Assembly (NCBI GenBank): GCA_050251875.1
Contig: JBFWMA010000001.1
Span: 401,587-465,586, forward strand
DNA from: Deferribacterales bacterium
GTDB taxonomy: Bacteria; Chrysiogenota; Deferribacteres; Deferribacterales; Geovibrionaceae
Direction: 5' to 3'
Length of the DNA stretch: 64,000 nucleotides
Shown: positions 33,913 through 44,593 of the stretch, one piece after another
Numbering within the stretch: position 1 is the stretch's first letter
Layout: each line of letters begins with the position of its first letter
Translations under genes and position numbers: made by a program
Notes under the pieces: model-generated
The model's input: the letters and a program-made list of their open reading frames with translations, nothing else
What the model was told of the DNA's origin: nothing
Database searches by the model: none

Positions 33913-34791
33913 ATGAGCATACTTGTAAACAACAGAACAAAAGTGGTGGTTCAGGGTCTCTCCGGTTCACAGGGCAGATTCCACGCCGCCAGAATGAAAG
34001 AATACGGTACCAATATTGTGGCTGGGGTTGTTCCAGGCAAAGGCGGTACAGAGATAGACGGCACTCCGGTGTTTGACACTATGATGGAGGCGGTTCGCAA
34101 AACAGGCGCAAACGCATCCATAGTATATGTCCCGCCGGCATTCGCCGCAGACGCCGTGATGGAAGCTGTGGACGCCAACCTAGACCTTTGCGTGTGCATC
34201 ACAGAGGGTATCCCCGTGAAAGACATGCTGAAAGTCAAGAGAATGATGAAAACAGGAACATCACGCACAATGCTCATCGGTCCCAACTGCCCGGGAGTAA
34301 TAACCCCCGGCGAGTGCAAGATGGGTATTATGCCGGGCGAGATACACACACCAGGCACAGTAGGTATCATTTCCAAATCAGGAACTCTTACCTATGAAGC
34401 TGTTAAGCAGGTGAGCTCTTACGGATTCGGTCAGTCGACCTGTATAGGCATCGGCGGCGACCCGATCATCGGGCTGAAATACATCGACCTGCTGGAGATG
34501 TTTGAATATGACGCCCAGACAGAAGCTGTGGTGCTGATCGGTGAGATCGGCGGACAGGCGGAAGTGAAGGCTGGAGAATGGATTAAGCAGAATTTTTCCA
34601 AACCCGTAGTCAGCTTTATCGCCGGACAGACAGCTCCTAAGGGTAAGAGAATGGGACACGCAGGCGCTATCATATCAGGCGGGGACGACACAGCCCTTGC
34701 CAAGATGGAAGCTCTGACAAAATGCGGTGTCCATGTGGTTCACTCTCCCGCTGACATAGGCAAAAAAGTTGCCGAGGTACTCGGCAGATAA
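33913..34791 (+). CDS. sucD: Succinyl-CoA synthetase alpha subunit
   Basis: [38 protein letters not shown]. Confidence 0.96.
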   Translation: MSILVNNRTKVVVQGLSGSQGRFHAARMKEYGTNIVAGVVPGKGGTEIDGTPVFDTMMEAVRKTGANASIVYVPPAFAADAVMEAVDANLDLCVCITEGIPVKDMLKVKRMMKTGTSRTMLIGPNCPGVITPGECKMGIMPGEIHTPGTVGIISKSGTLTYEAVKQVSSYGFGQSTCIGIGGDPIIGLKYIDLLEMFEYDAQTEAVVLIGEIGGQAEVKAGEWIKQNFSKPVVSFIAGQTAPKGKRMGHAGAIISGGDDTALAKMEALTKCGVHVVHSPADIGKKVAEVLGR

Positions 34792-34816
34792 CCGTTTAGG
34801 CGGTTAATGTGCTTTT

Positions 34817-34896
34817 GAGATTGCCGCGCCGATTACATCGGCTCGCAATGACATCGACTGGCGTCATTGCGAGGAGCACAGTGACGAAGCAATCTC
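34817..34896. repeat. Inverted doublet of CGTC-family palindromic repeats
   Basis: GAGATTGCCGCG...CTCGCAATGAC (34817-34852) facing GTCATTGCGAGGAG...GACGAAGCAATCTC (34863-34896). Confidence 0.8.
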
Positions 34897-34997
34897 ACCG
34901 GACAGGTATAATGCTGTCCTGTATATAGTTCCGGGAATAAAAGTCGCTGTTTTTCAGCGGCTTAACTATAGAACGAAAATTCTATAAGGAGAGGTAA

Positions 34998-35192
34998 ATG
35001 GCTAAGGCAGAAAAAATCGAAATTTATGCAAACCTCTGCAAAGGATGCGAGATTTGTGTAGAACTTTGCCCTGTTGACGCTCTTGAAATGAAAGATTTCA
35101 AGGCTGCTGTGAAAGATCTCGACAAATGTATCGCCTGCATGCAGTGCGAGCTGAGATGTCCTGATTTCGCTATTGAAGTTTATAAGAAATAA
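34998..35192 (+). CDS. korD: 2-oxoglutarate:ferredoxin oxidoreductase delta subunit (2x[4Fe-4S])
   Basis: CKGCEICVELCP and CIACMQCELRCPDFAI; first gene of the kor cluster. Confidence 0.9.
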   Translation: MAKAEKIEIYANLCKGCEICVELCPVDALEMKDFKAAVKDLDKCIACMQCELRCPDFAIEVYKK

Positions 35193-35208
35193 TATTAGGA
35201 GGAATTTT

Positions 35209-36342
35209 GTGGCTAAACAAGTAAAGTTCCTTTCTGGGAACGAAGCAGTATGTGAGGGTGCTCTTTACGCCGGTTGCAGATTTTACGCCGGCTACCCCAT
35301 CACTCCTTCCACAGAAGTCGCAGAAGTGCTTGCGGCTAAACTGCCTAAATTAGGCGGACGTTTCATCCAGATGGAAGACGAGCTGTCAGCTATGGCTGCT
35401 ACACTCGGTGGTTCTATCGCTGGAAAAAAATCTCTTACAGCAACATCCGGTCCCGGTATGTCTCTTAAAATGGAGAACCTCGGTTACGGTTACCTTACAG
35501 AGATCCCTTGCGTTATCGTTAACGTAATGAGAGGCGGTCCCTCTACAGGTCTTCCCACAGGTCCCGGACAGTCTGACGTTATGCAGGCTCGTTGGGGAAC
35601 TCACGGGGATCACCCCTGTATAGCTCTGACACCTTCAACTGTTCAAGAACAGCTCGAAGAAACAGTAAGAGCTTTCAACCTTGCTGAAAAATATCGCATG
35701 CCCGTTATTCTTCTTACAGATGAAATCATCGGTCACATGAGAGAGGCTGTTAATATGCCCGAAGCCGGAGATCTGCCCGTAGTTGACCGTAAACGTCCTA
35801 CATGCGATCCCAAAGATTACCTGCCTTACAAACCTGACGCTGACGGCGTGCCTCCCATGGCTGACTTCGGTTCAGGTTACAGATATCACATCACAGGTCT
35901 TAACCACCTTGCTGACGGTTTCCCCTCAAACGACGGTAAACTTGCTCAGGCTGACGAAATCCGCCAGCAGAAAAAAGTTGATGATAACTATGATGAAATC
36001 GTTAAAGTTGAAGAAATCAACTGTGATGACGCTGAAATCCTTATCTTCGCATTCGGATCTACAGCTCGTTCAGCTAAAGAAGCTGTTCAGATGGCTAGAA
36101 AAGAAGGCATCAAAGTCGGACTTTTCAGACCTCTGACAATCTGGCCCTTCCCCGACAAACACCTGAAAAAATACGCAGGTAAAGTAAAAAGAGTTATCGT
36201 TCCCGAGATGAACCTCGGACAAACAGCTCTTGAAGTTGAGAGAGTGCTTAAAGGACAGCCCGAAGTTGAAGGTATCTTCCAGATCGACTCCGAGCCGATT
36301 AACCCTATTACAATCCTCAACAAAATTAAGGGGGGCAAATAA
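35209..36342 (+). CDS. korA: 2-oxoglutarate:ferredoxin oxidoreductase alpha subunit
   Basis: GTG at 35209 after AGGAGG; GYPITPSTE, QMEDE, TATSGPG, MRGGPSTGLPT; substrate inferred from the TCA context. Confidence 0.9.
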   Translation: MAKQVKFLSGNEAVCEGALYAGCRFYAGYPITPSTEVAEVLAAKLPKLGGRFIQMEDELSAMAATLGGSIAGKKSLTATSGPGMSLKMENLGYGYLTEIPCVIVNVMRGGPSTGLPTGPGQSDVMQARWGTHGDHPCIALTPSTVQEQLEETVRAFNLAEKYRMPVILLTDEIIGHMREAVNMPEAGDLPVVDRKRPTCDPKDYLPYKPDADGVPPMADFGSGYRYHITGLNHLADGFPSNDGKLAQADEIRQQKKVDDNYDEIVKVEEINCDDAEILIFAFGSTARSAKEAVQMARKEGIKVGLFRPLTIWPFPDKHLKKYAGKVKRVIVPEMNLGQTALEVERVLKGQPEVEGIFQIDSEPINPITILNKIKGGK

Positions 36343-37148
36343 TGGCTTACGATTACAGTAAATTCCTCAGAGCAGGAAAAATTCCTCACATTTGGTGCCC
36401 CGGCTGCGGTTATGGTATCATTATGAAATCTATGATCCGCGCCATTGATGCACTCGGCTGGGAAAAAGACGACATAGCTATTTCTTCCGGTATCGGTTGC
36501 GCTTCTCGTCTTCCCGGTTATGTTGACTTCAACACACTTCACACCACACACGGACGTTCACTTGCGTTCGCTACAGGTGTTAAAGTTGCTAACCCTAAAC
36601 TGAAAGTTATCGCTATGGGCGGTGACGGTGACATGACAGCTATCGGTGGTAACCACTTCATCCACGCCTGCCGTCGTAACATCGACATCACATGCTTCGT
36701 ATTCAATAACTACATCTATGGTATGACAGGCGGTCAGTACTCACCTACTACACCTAAAGGCGCTCGTGCAACAACAGCTCCCTATGGTAACGCAGACAAC
36801 CAGTTCGACATCGCTCAGCTGGCTATCGGCGCAGGTGCTACTTTCGTTGCCCGTACAACAACATACCACGCTGTACCTATGGAAAAACTTATGAAACAGG
36901 CTTTCGAGCACAAAGGATTCTCAGTTGTTGAGATCATCGCCGGATGCCCCACAGGTTACGGACGTAAAAACAAACTCGCAAGCCCCGCAGGCATGATCGA
37001 GTGGCAAAAAGATCATTCAGTTGCTATCGCTCAGTGGGAAAAAATGACTGCTGAAGAGAAAGCTGATAAATTCCCCATTGGTGTTCTTCACGAAACATCA
37101 AGACCCGAATACGTAGAAGCATACGACGCTAACGTCGGGCTTAGCTAA
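36342..37148 (+). CDS. korB: 2-oxoglutarate:ferredoxin oxidoreductase beta subunit
   Basis: WCPGCG, SGIGC, HTTHGR, GGDGD, NNYIYGMTGGQYSPT. Confidence 0.92.
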   Translation: MAYDYSKFLRAGKIPHIWCPGCGYGIIMKSMIRAIDALGWEKDDIAISSGIGCASRLPGYVDFNTLHTTHGRSLAFATGVKVANPKLKVIAMGGDGDMTAIGGNHFIHACRRNIDITCFVFNNYIYGMTGGQYSPTTPKGARATTAPYGNADNQFDIAQLAIGAGATFVARTTTYHAVPMEKLMKQAFEHKGFSVVEIIAGCPTGYGRKNKLASPAGMIEWQKDHSVAIAQWEKMTAEEKADKFPIGVLHETSRPEYVEAYDANVGLS

Positions 37149-37159
37149 GAGGTGATATA

Positions 37160-37702
37160 ATGGCTAGACATCTGATCAGACTTAGCGGTTCCGGCGGACA
37201 GGGTATGATTACTGCTGGTATCATCCTTGCAGCCGGTGCATCCGTTATTGAAGGAAAAAAAGCTATCCAGTCTCAGTCCTACGGACCCGAGGCCAGAGGT
37301 GGCGCTTCTAAAGCTGAAGTTATTATCAGCGACGAAGAGATCTACTACCCTAAAGTAATGGCTCCCGAGATTCTCGTTGCCCTTACACAGGAAGCAGCTG
37401 ATAAATATTCCAAAGACCTTGTAAAAGGCGGAATCCTTATCCTTGATGACCTCATGGTTAAGACTCCCCCCAAAGGCGACTGGAAAATCTACAGCATGCC
37501 TATCATCAGAACTGCCGCTGAAAAAGTTGGTAAGGCTATGGTTGCTAACGTGGTTACGCTTGGCGCCCTTAACGAGATCTGTGGTCTTGTTAAACCTGAA
37601 ACACTTGAAGCTGCTGTTCTTTCAAGAGTTCCCAAAGGTACTGAAGAACTCAACAAGAACGCTATCGCTGCCGGTGTTGAACTGGCTAAAGCAGTGAAAT
37701 AA
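37160..37702 (+). CDS. korC: 2-oxoglutarate:ferredoxin oxidoreductase gamma subunit
   Basis: SGSGGQG, QSYGPEARGGAS. Confidence 0.9.
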   Translation: MARHLIRLSGSGGQGMITAGIILAAGASVIEGKKAIQSQSYGPEARGGASKAEVIISDEEIYYPKVMAPEILVALTQEAADKYSKDLVKGGILILDDLMVKTPPKGDWKIYSMPIIRTAAEKVGKAMVANVVTLGALNEICGLVKPETLEAAVLSRVPKGTEELNKNAIAAGVELAKAVK

Positions 37703-37728
37703 CTGACCTTTTAACCTAAAAAGGTTGT

Positions 37729-37759
37729 AAAGCCCCGCCCACAAAGCGGGGCTTTTTTT
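37729..37759 (+). terminator. Intrinsic terminator of the kor operon
   Basis: AAAGCCCCGC-N7-GCGGGGC-T7. Confidence 0.85.
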
Positions 37760-37906
37760 GTTAAAACTTAAAGGATTGTTACAATTTTTTAATACTTTGA
37801 TGTAATAAAAAATACAGTAATCGACATTGAAAATAGTAATATGTATGTAATAATTTAGAATAAATACAATGAACGTATATCTGGTTTAGTGTACTTGGAG
37901 GGCTGT

Positions 37907-39904
37907 ATGAAATTGTCTTTTAAAACCAGGCTTCTTATCCCCGTTATTATAGCCATAGTCGTGGCATTCATCTTCGCCGATATACTGATATATGCCAGTA
38001 TGAAAGGCGATATCAAACAGGTTGCTGTAGATAACGCGGGCAACCTTTCATACAGATACGGAAACGAACTCAAGGCGGAGATGGATTCCGCCATGTCGAT
38101 AGCGGAGACCATATCCCGTTCCGCTGCTGTTTTAACCAAGCACAGCTCTGAGGTCCCCAGAAAAGATGTTATGGATATGCTTCAGAACATTCTGGAACTC
38201 AATCCGGAACTCTTTGACGTATGGATAGTCTGGGAACCGAATATGTATGACGGAAAAGATTCCGAGCTGGCTGATTCCGGAGCGGACGGAACCAACGAAC
38301 AGGGGCAGTTCTGCCCTATGCCTTACCGTGACAAGGGCGGAATAGCAAGATCATTCACCACAGGGATGAATGACGGCGGGGACGGGAGCGCATGGTATCA
38401 GACTCCTCTGAGAGACGGAAAACCATACATAGCTGAGCCTGCCACATATTCATTCGACGGCAAAGATATAGTGACTGTTACCGTGTCTTATCCTTTCACT
38501 GTTGACGGAAAGATTGTCGGGGTTGCCGGTGTTGACGTGCTTCTGGACGACATAAAGACGATGATATCTGACATCACCCTTTATGAGACAGGTTTCGCCT
38601 TTCTTCTTTCCGGTCGCGGAAGCTATATCACTCATAAAGACGCTGAGCTGAACGGCAAAAAGACTGAAGACGAAAAGGTTACGAAGGTTATAGAAGACAA
38701 CAAAACAGATGTTGTTATGGATTCCGGCAGCATCACCATATACACCCCCTTAAAGATCAGCAAAACTGACTATACATATGTGTTCGGCGTGAAAGTTCCG
38801 CAGAGCGAGGTATTCAGTGTTCTTCAGAGTCTGAAATACACCGTGCTCGTGATAGCCGTTGCGGCGACAGCGGTGGTAATAGTTATCCTGCTGATAGTTG
38901 TAAACCAGCTCATAAGAAAGCTGGGCGGAGAGCCGGATGAAGTAATAAGCGTGATGCAGAAGGTTGCGGCGGGGGATTTCACCGCTGAGCTCCGTCTGAA
39001 AAACAACGATAATTTCAGCATGGTTTACTCCATAAAAAGCATGATAAATAACCTGAGCAACATGATAAAAGAGCTGAGATCCACAGCCGACAGGCTTAGA
39101 GACGCCAGCAGTGATCTTTCATCCGGAGCCATAGAGCTTTCAGAGAGCATGAGCAGTCAGTCGGAGAGCACAGGCATCATAGCCACAGCCGCCACGGAGA
39201 TGACACGCACAACATCAGACATCGCCGAAAACCTGACAGAGATATCCGGCTTTGCCCAGATGACATGGGAAAAGGTAAACACAGGCAAGAAAGCGGTGGA
39301 GGATTCGCTGGACGGAGTTGTGCGCATCAAAACAACAGTGGACGGCTCCGCTGAGCTGGTGAACGGGCTTGGCGAGAAGTCGGATGAGATACATAACATA
39401 GTAAACGTAATCAGCGATATCGCTGACCAGACCAACCTGCTGGCGCTGAATGCCGCTATAGAAGCGGCGAGAGCCGGAGAGCACGGGCGAGGATTCGCCG
39501 TGGTCGCAGACGAGGTGCGTAAACTGGCGGAGAGAACACAGTCCGCCACCACAGAAATTTCGTCTCTGGTGTCCGGCACCAGAACAGAAGTGCAGAAAGT
39601 GACGCAATCCATGAGCGGGGTGACACAGCAGGTGCATGACGGCGTGGAATCATCGAAACAGATATCAAAAATACTGGAAGAACTGGAGAGCGAGGTCTCT
39701 AAACTTCAGGAGATGGTGCACAGCATATCTTCCGCCACACAGGAGATGGCTTCCACCAGCAACCAGATTTTTGAGGATATAAAGAATGTCGCTATCATTT
39801 CATCTGAAGTTAAAAAAACATCAGACAGCATAGCGGAGAACTCTTCCGGGCTGGCGGGAATATCCGACACGCTGAAGAGCGATATGCAGAAATTCAAAGT
39901 ATAA
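37907..39904 (+). CDS. Methyl-accepting chemotaxis protein (Cache-like periplasmic domain)
   Basis: Two TM helices, WYQTP..EPATY, VGVAGVD; signalling domain [41 protein letters not shown] 37907 after GGAGG. Confidence 0.95.
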   Translation: MKLSFKTRLLIPVIIAIVVAFIFADILIYASMKGDIKQVAVDNAGNLSYRYGNELKAEMDSAMSIAETISRSAAVLTKHSSEVPRKDVMDMLQNILELNPELFDVWIVWEPNMYDGKDSELADSGADGTNEQGQFCPMPYRDKGGIARSFTTGMNDGGDGSAWYQTPLRDGKPYIAEPATYSFDGKDIVTVTVSYPFTVDGKIVGVAGVDVLLDDIKTMISDITLYETGFAFLLSGRGSYITHKDAELNGKKTEDEKVTKVIEDNKTDVVMDSGSITIYTPLKISKTDYTYVFGVKVPQSEVFSVLQSLKYTVLVIAVAATAVVIVILLIVVNQLIRKLGGEPDEVISVMQKVAAGDFTAELRLKNNDNFSMVYSIKSMINNLSNMIKELRSTADRLRDASSDLSSGAIELSESMSSQSESTGIIATAATEMTRTTSDIAENLTEISGFAQMTWEKVNTGKKAVEDSLDGVVRIKTTVDGSAELVNGLGEKSDEIHNIVNVISDIADQTNLLALNAAIEAARAGEHGRGFAVVADEVRKLAERTQSATTEISSLVSGTRTEVQKVTQSMSGVTQQVHDGVESSKQISKILEELESEVSKLQEMVHSISSATQEMASTSNQIFEDIKNVAIISSEVKKTSDSIAENSSGLAGISDTLKSDMQKFKV

Positions 39905-39944
39905 GGTATTCTCACATTTAAATGACATGGATTAGTATTAGCTA

Positions 39945-39973
39945 TTGACTTCTGAGCATATGCTTAATATATT
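39945..39973 (+). promoter_or_regulatory. sigma70 promoter with an AGCATATGCT palindrome in the spacer
   Basis: TTGACT(39945)-17bp-TATATT(39968); perfect 10-bp palindrome at 39955-39964. Confidence 0.55.
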
Positions 39974-39994
39974 CATGTTTATGTGAGGTGAATC

Positions 39995-40369
39995 ATGAAG
40001 ATTTGTTTTCCAGTAGAGATCAATAACGGTCTCAATAGCGAAATATACGGTCATTTCGGCTCTGCTCCCGGATTTGTCACATATGACACAGAGACAAAAG
40101 AGAGCGGATACATCGACAACAAGAACGCTGTGCACGAACACGGCGCATGCAACCCCGCCGCCGCTCTGGCAGGATCGGGTGTTAACGCTGTTGTGGTCGG
40201 CGGAATAGGTCAGGGCGCTATGATGCGTCTGATGTCCGAAGGCGTGGCGGTGTATCAGGCGAAATCAGGCAGAGTAAAAGAAGACATAGACGGTTTTTCC
40301 GGTCTTATTAAGCTCAGCCGTGATATGCAGACATGCGGCGGCGGCGCCCACGTTTGCGGCGGTCATTAA
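39995..40369 (+). CDS. NifB/NifX family Mo/Fe-cluster-binding protein
   Basis: MKICFP, GHFGSAPGF, HEHGACNP, GGIGQGA, Cys/His C-terminus. Confidence 0.85.
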   Translation: MKICFPVEINNGLNSEIYGHFGSAPGFVTYDTETKESGYIDNKNAVHEHGACNPAAALAGSGVNAVVVGGIGQGAMMRLMSEGVAVYQAKSGRVKEDIDGFSGLIKLSRDMQTCGGGAHVCGGH

Positions 40370-40535
40370 TATACTTGTCCGCTGTTCCCTGTTAAGGGGG
40401 ACGGCTTTTGCTACTTGCGACAACATTTTAATTATCCGGCGTCCGCCGTTTTCACTCCTTAGAACGGCGGATAACGCTTTATATCATTGACAAATTACCT
40501 CCCCTGTATGATTTTATCAGCAGGGGAGGATTCTT

Positions 40536-40895
40536 ATGAAACTATGCTTTCCTGTGGAAAACTTTCAGGGTCTGAACAGCAAAATCAGCGAACATTTCGG
40601 TTCCGCTCCTTTTTTCATAACTTTTGACACCGATTCCAAAGAGGCTGGGCTGCTCTATGCGCAGGATCTGGCAGGGGACGACTCGTGCAATCCGGCGGCG
40701 GAGCTGGCAAAGCTGGGGATAGATATCGTCATCACATCAGGCATAGGTCCAGGCGCTCTTAACAGGCTTCTGGATGCCGGGCTTTATGTTTTCCAGGCGC
40801 TCTCCGGAGTGGTTTCGGAAGATCTGGAGCGCTACCAGAACAACGCTCTGCCCGCTCTGGGATACGGCTCCGGCAAGTGTGACTGCGGTAGTTAA
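40536..40895 (+). CDS. NifB/NifX family protein, paralog 2
   Basis: MKLCFP, EHFGSAPFF, SCNP, SGIGPGA, C-terminal CDC. Confidence 0.85.
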   Translation: MKLCFPVENFQGLNSKISEHFGSAPFFITFDTDSKEAGLLYAQDLAGDDSCNPAAELAKLGIDIVITSGIGPGALNRLLDAGLYVFQALSGVVSEDLERYQNNALPALGYGSGKCDCGS

Positions 40896-40997
40896 CAAAT
40901 TAAATACACCTGTTTCGTCTTATTACTGTTGAATATGGTTATGAAAAGACTATATTGTTAATCAACAGTAACCATAAAAATGAAACAGGGGGCGAAT

Positions 40998-41354
40998 ATG
41001 TCTGCCGCTAACAGTAACAAGTCCCTCCTGGCGGTTATCTGGAGCTCTTCTGACAAGGAGGTCGCCAGAAACAACGTGTTCACTTACACGCTCAATGCCA
41101 GATGCCGTGACTGGTGGTCTGATGTCCATCTGGTCATATGGGGTCCGTCAGTAAAACTGGCAGCCCACGATTCTGAGATTCAGAACCAGCTCAGAGATAT
41201 TCTGAAAGCCGGGGTGAGCATATGCGCCTGCGATAAGCACGCCGCCGAGCATAAGGTTGCTGATAATCTGAGAAATCTCGGGATCACTGTGCACGGTGTT
41301 GACGAGCCTGTGAGAGAGATGCTCAGAAACGGAGCGAAAGTAATCACTTTTTAG
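40998..41354 (+). CDS. DsrE-family protein
   Basis: WWSDVHLVIWGPSVK, GVSICAC, KVITF; likely ATG at 40998 after GGGGG. Confidence 0.75.
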   Translation: MSAANSNKSLLAVIWSSSDKEVARNNVFTYTLNARCRDWWSDVHLVIWGPSVKLAAHDSEIQNQLRDILKAGVSICACDKHAAEHKVADNLRNLGITVHGVDEPVREMLRNGAKVITF

Positions 41355-41357
41355 ACT

Positions 41358-41386
41358 TTGACGTTATCTGAGATATTAAATATAAT
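41358..41386 (+). promoter_or_regulatory. Near-consensus sigma70 promoter of uvrC (probably leaderless)
   Basis: TTGACG-17bp-TATAAT, with 7 nt between the -10 and ATG 41394; no SD. Confidence 0.7.
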
Positions 41387-41393
41387 CTCTGAT

Positions 41394-43193
41394 ATGTTTA
41401 AGCCCGAACTGAAAGATATTCCCGAAAATCCCGGGATATACACCTACATTGGAAAAAATGACGAGATACTCTATGTCGGCAAGGCGAAAAACCTGAAGAA
41501 CAGGGTATCTTCATATTTTTCAGACATGGACAGCAAACCATTACGCACGCAGAAGATGCTTCAATCCGCCGTGGACATCCGGTTTGTGGTCACCACCACA
41601 GAAGCGGAGGCTCTGCTTCTGGAAAACAATCTAATCAAAACAGAAAAGCCCAGATATAACGTCCGGCTGAAAGACTCCAAAAGCTATCCCTATATCCTGA
41701 TTACCGATGACGAATACCCAAAGCTGATGATTACCCGTGAATCCGGTCAGAAGGGCGAATATTTCGGTCCTTTCACGGATGTTGCCGCTCTGCGGGGGAT
41801 AGTGGACGAGCTTCTGAGGGCGTTTCCCCTGCGCACCTGCCGTGAGAGCCGGTTCAGAGAGAAGAAGGTCTGTCTGAAATATCAGATAAAACAATGCGCC
41901 GGTCCATGCGAAAGCCTGATAAGTAGAAACAGGTATCTGTCAATGGTTTCGCAGATCAGAGATTTTTTTAACGGTGATTTCGCCGGGCTGAAAGAACGCA
42001 TGACCGCCGAGATGATGCGTCTGTCCGACAGGATGGAGTTCGAGGCGGCGGCGAAACTTCGGGACAGACTGCGCAGCGTGGAAGGATTGTTCATAAAACA
42101 GACGGTGGTTCTGCCGGAGGACAGGCGGAGCATAGACATATTCGTTCCGCACACCATAGACAATGTTTCAGGCATCACCGTTATGTTTATCAGAGGCGGA
42201 AAGCTGATCGGCAGCCGCACGGATATTTTCGAGGACGTTGACCCGAAAGAGGTTCTGGAGTCATACGTCATTCAGGTTTACTCCTCCGTGGTGAGCTATC
42301 CGGAGATGATCTCGGTCTTCGACCTGGACGAGACGGACGTTCTTTGCGATGCTGTGGAGAGGATGTCCGGGCGGAAGATAATTCTGAGAAAACGAGGGTT
42401 CGCCGCTCTGCATAATCTTGGTATGGAAAATGCCAGAGTGCAGACGGAGCTGTATATGAAAAGGCTGGCGAAACGGAAGGACATCAGCGCCCGTCTGAAA
42501 GAGATCACCGAATCGGAAAGAGACATCAGAAGGGTGGAATGCGTGGATATATCCCATCTGGGCGGAAAAGGCACAGTAGGGGTATCCGTTGTTACACTGG
42601 ACGGTGAGTTTGCGAACAGAGAATACAGAAAATATAAGATAAAATCGGCTGAAAATGACGATTTCGTGTCGATCTATGAGCTTTTCAGCAGAAAATTCGA
42701 AAATATCAAAGAAAATTCTGAGCCTCTCGCCGATCTTTATATTGTGGACGGCGGGATAGGTCAGCTAAACAGCGCAGTCAGAGCGGCAGAGGAACAGGGC
42801 GTGGACGCTAATTTTATCTCCATATCGAAAGGGCGCTCCATAAAATATATGAAAGACGCTCAGGATGAGTCCATAGAGTCGATCCACATTCCGAACAGAA
42901 AGAACCCGCTGAATCTGAAGAAGAACAATCCTGTTCTGCTTTTCGTGCAGAAGATAAGGGACGAGTCCCACAGGTTCGCCATCACATACAGCAGAAGTCT
43001 GGCGCTGAAAAACTTTAAGAGATCGCCGCTTCTGGATATTGACGGGGTGGGCGAAAAGACTGTTAAGAAAATTCTGGAGAATTTTCCAGATATTTACAGT
43101 AGTAATATATCTGCCGAAGAATTGTCGAAAATATGCAGAATTTCCGGTAAGTTAGCGGAAACTATTCTCAGTAAAGTTAAATCCGGACAATAA
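41394..43193 (+). CDS. uvrC: Excinuclease ABC subunit C
   Basis: PGIY..ILYVGKAKNLKNRVSSYF GIY-YIG, EALLLENNLIK, FEAAAKLRD, CVDISH, VDGGIGQ, RDESHRFA, HhH. Confidence 0.95.
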   Translation: MFKPELKDIPENPGIYTYIGKNDEILYVGKAKNLKNRVSSYFSDMDSKPLRTQKMLQSAVDIRFVVTTTEAEALLLENNLIKTEKPRYNVRLKDSKSYPYILITDDEYPKLMITRESGQKGEYFGPFTDVAALRGIVDELLRAFPLRTCRESRFREKKVCLKYQIKQCAGPCESLISRNRYLSMVSQIRDFFNGDFAGLKERMTAEMMRLSDRMEFEAAAKLRDRLRSVEGLFIKQTVVLPEDRRSIDIFVPHTIDNVSGITVMFIRGGKLIGSRTDIFEDVDPKEVLESYVIQVYSSVVSYPEMISVFDLDETDVLCDAVERMSGRKIILRKRGFAALHNLGMENARVQTELYMKRLAKRKDISARLKEITESERDIRRVECVDISHLGGKGTVGVSVVTLDGEFANREYRKYKIKSAENDDFVSIYELFSRKFENIKENSEPLADLYIVDGGIGQLNSAVRAAEEQGVDANFISISKGRSIKYMKDAQDESIESIHIPNRKNPLNLKKNNPVLLFVQKIRDESHRFAITYSRSLALKNFKRSPLLDIDGVGEKTVKKILENFPDIYSSNISAEELSKICRISGKLAETILSKVKSGQ

Positions 43194-43295
43194 AACGCCT
43201 TTTAATGTTCAAATTTCACACACATTTGTCTTGATGAATATTTAATCACTGTGTTAAAGTTAAAATATTCTTAGTTAGAACCCTAGGAGGATATT

Positions 43296-44522
43296 GTGAA
43301 GAGAATATTTCTAATCTTAGCGCTGATGGCGCTCCCGCTGTACGCTATGGCCGGGATTTTCGACATTACTATCGCTGTCGATGCCTACAGCCCCTATTAT
43401 CAGAGTTTTGACTCTGTTGAGGACATGATCGATGAGCTGGACACAGATCAGATCCTGTCGCACTTCGCCGGATATGATGAAGATACATCATCCGCCGATG
43501 TGGAAATGAACTTCAGAGGCGTTCCGATCACTCTGAGCTTTGCCACCAACAGCACAAAGCTGATTCTGTCTATCCCCTCCATCGGAGTATATGAGGAGTT
43601 CAACGGATCTGACAGAGACGACAGTGTTGACATGCTGAAAGACTGGTTTGAAAAAGACGGCGGAGACGCTCTGACCGCTCTGCAAAAAGAGCTGATTTCT
43701 GAAACTCCCTCAGACCCCATCGCCGGTAACCCCTCATCTCTGATGTCCCGTATGGTTTCCATGGACTTCGATCAGGCGGTTAACCCTGATTCTGCTGTCG
43801 AGATCAACGGCGAAACAAAATCAGACATAAACGCCAACATGATCTCCGTATTCGCAAAATACGGTAACTACACAACTGACGGCGTAAAGACAAAGGAATA
43901 CGCTATTCCTCTTGCCTACACCATCAGATTCAACAACACTAAAAACACACTGGCTATCAGAATGCCTATCTCTATGGTATCCGTTGAAGATTCAAAAGCA
44001 TACAACCTCGGTCTGGGGCTTGCTCTCGGATATTATGTGAACGACAGATGGAAGCTGACTCCCTCCGTTGGATACGGCGCTGTCGGTTCTATCGATATGG
44101 GTTCAGTGGGACAGATCATTTCCGGATCACTTACCAGTGTTTATACTTTCAAACTGAAAAAATTCGACATCCTCATGGGCAACATGCTGGGACATTACAA
44201 AACTATTCCTTTCAAAACAGGCGACTACAGCATCGATCCTGATATCCAGAACACAGTTCTCAGAAACGGTCTGAACTTCGTAATCCCTGTAAGCAAAGCG
44301 ACCAGCCTGGAGCTTTTCGGTACAGATACAAGATACTACGGCTCTGACCTCTTCATCGACACATATAACGAAGTCGGTTTCTCATACGGCTTCAGAAAAT
44401 CTGTTGATAAAGAGACCAGCAAAGGAATCAAGAACTATGCAAGCCAGCTTCGCGGCGGTCTGACATACCTTTTCTCTGATGAGTCACACGGTTTCACATT
44501 CAATTTCGGATTTGTATTCTAA
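43296..44522 (+). CDS. Exported hypothetical protein, probable outer-membrane beta-barrel
   Basis: GGAGG RBS, signal peptide, amphipathic beta-strands in the C-terminal half, ends FTFNFGFVF. Confidence 0.7.
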   Translation: MKRIFLILALMALPLYAMAGIFDITIAVDAYSPYYQSFDSVEDMIDELDTDQILSHFAGYDEDTSSADVEMNFRGVPITLSFATNSTKLILSIPSIGVYEEFNGSDRDDSVDMLKDWFEKDGGDALTALQKELISETPSDPIAGNPSSLMSRMVSMDFDQAVNPDSAVEINGETKSDINANMISVFAKYGNYTTDGVKTKEYAIPLAYTIRFNNTKNTLAIRMPISMVSVEDSKAYNLGLGLALGYYVNDRWKLTPSVGYGAVGSIDMGSVGQIISGSLTSVYTFKLKKFDILMGNMLGHYKTIPFKTGDYSIDPDIQNTVLRNGLNFVIPVSKATSLELFGTDTRYYGSDLFIDTYNEVGFSYGFRKSVDKETSKGIKNYASQLRGGLTYLFSDESHGFTFNFGFVF

Positions 44523-44543
44523 CAGTCTGAAGAACGATAAAAT

Positions 44544-44575
44544 AAAAAAGGCATCCGGAAGGATGCCTTTTTTTT
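44544..44575. terminator. Bidirectional intrinsic terminator
   Basis: A6-GGCATCC-GGAA-GGATGCC-T8 between convergent genes. Confidence 0.88.
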
Positions 44576-44593
44576 ATCTGATTTTGTCTGATA

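Noticed and set aside
39995..40895. Nitrogen fixation locus
   Set aside because: Only stand-alone NifB/NifX-fold genes; no nifHDK or nifEN in the window
40923..40976. Interleaved inverted repeats upstream of the DsrE gene
   Set aside because: Long spacers in AT-rich DNA and no matching family; could be chance
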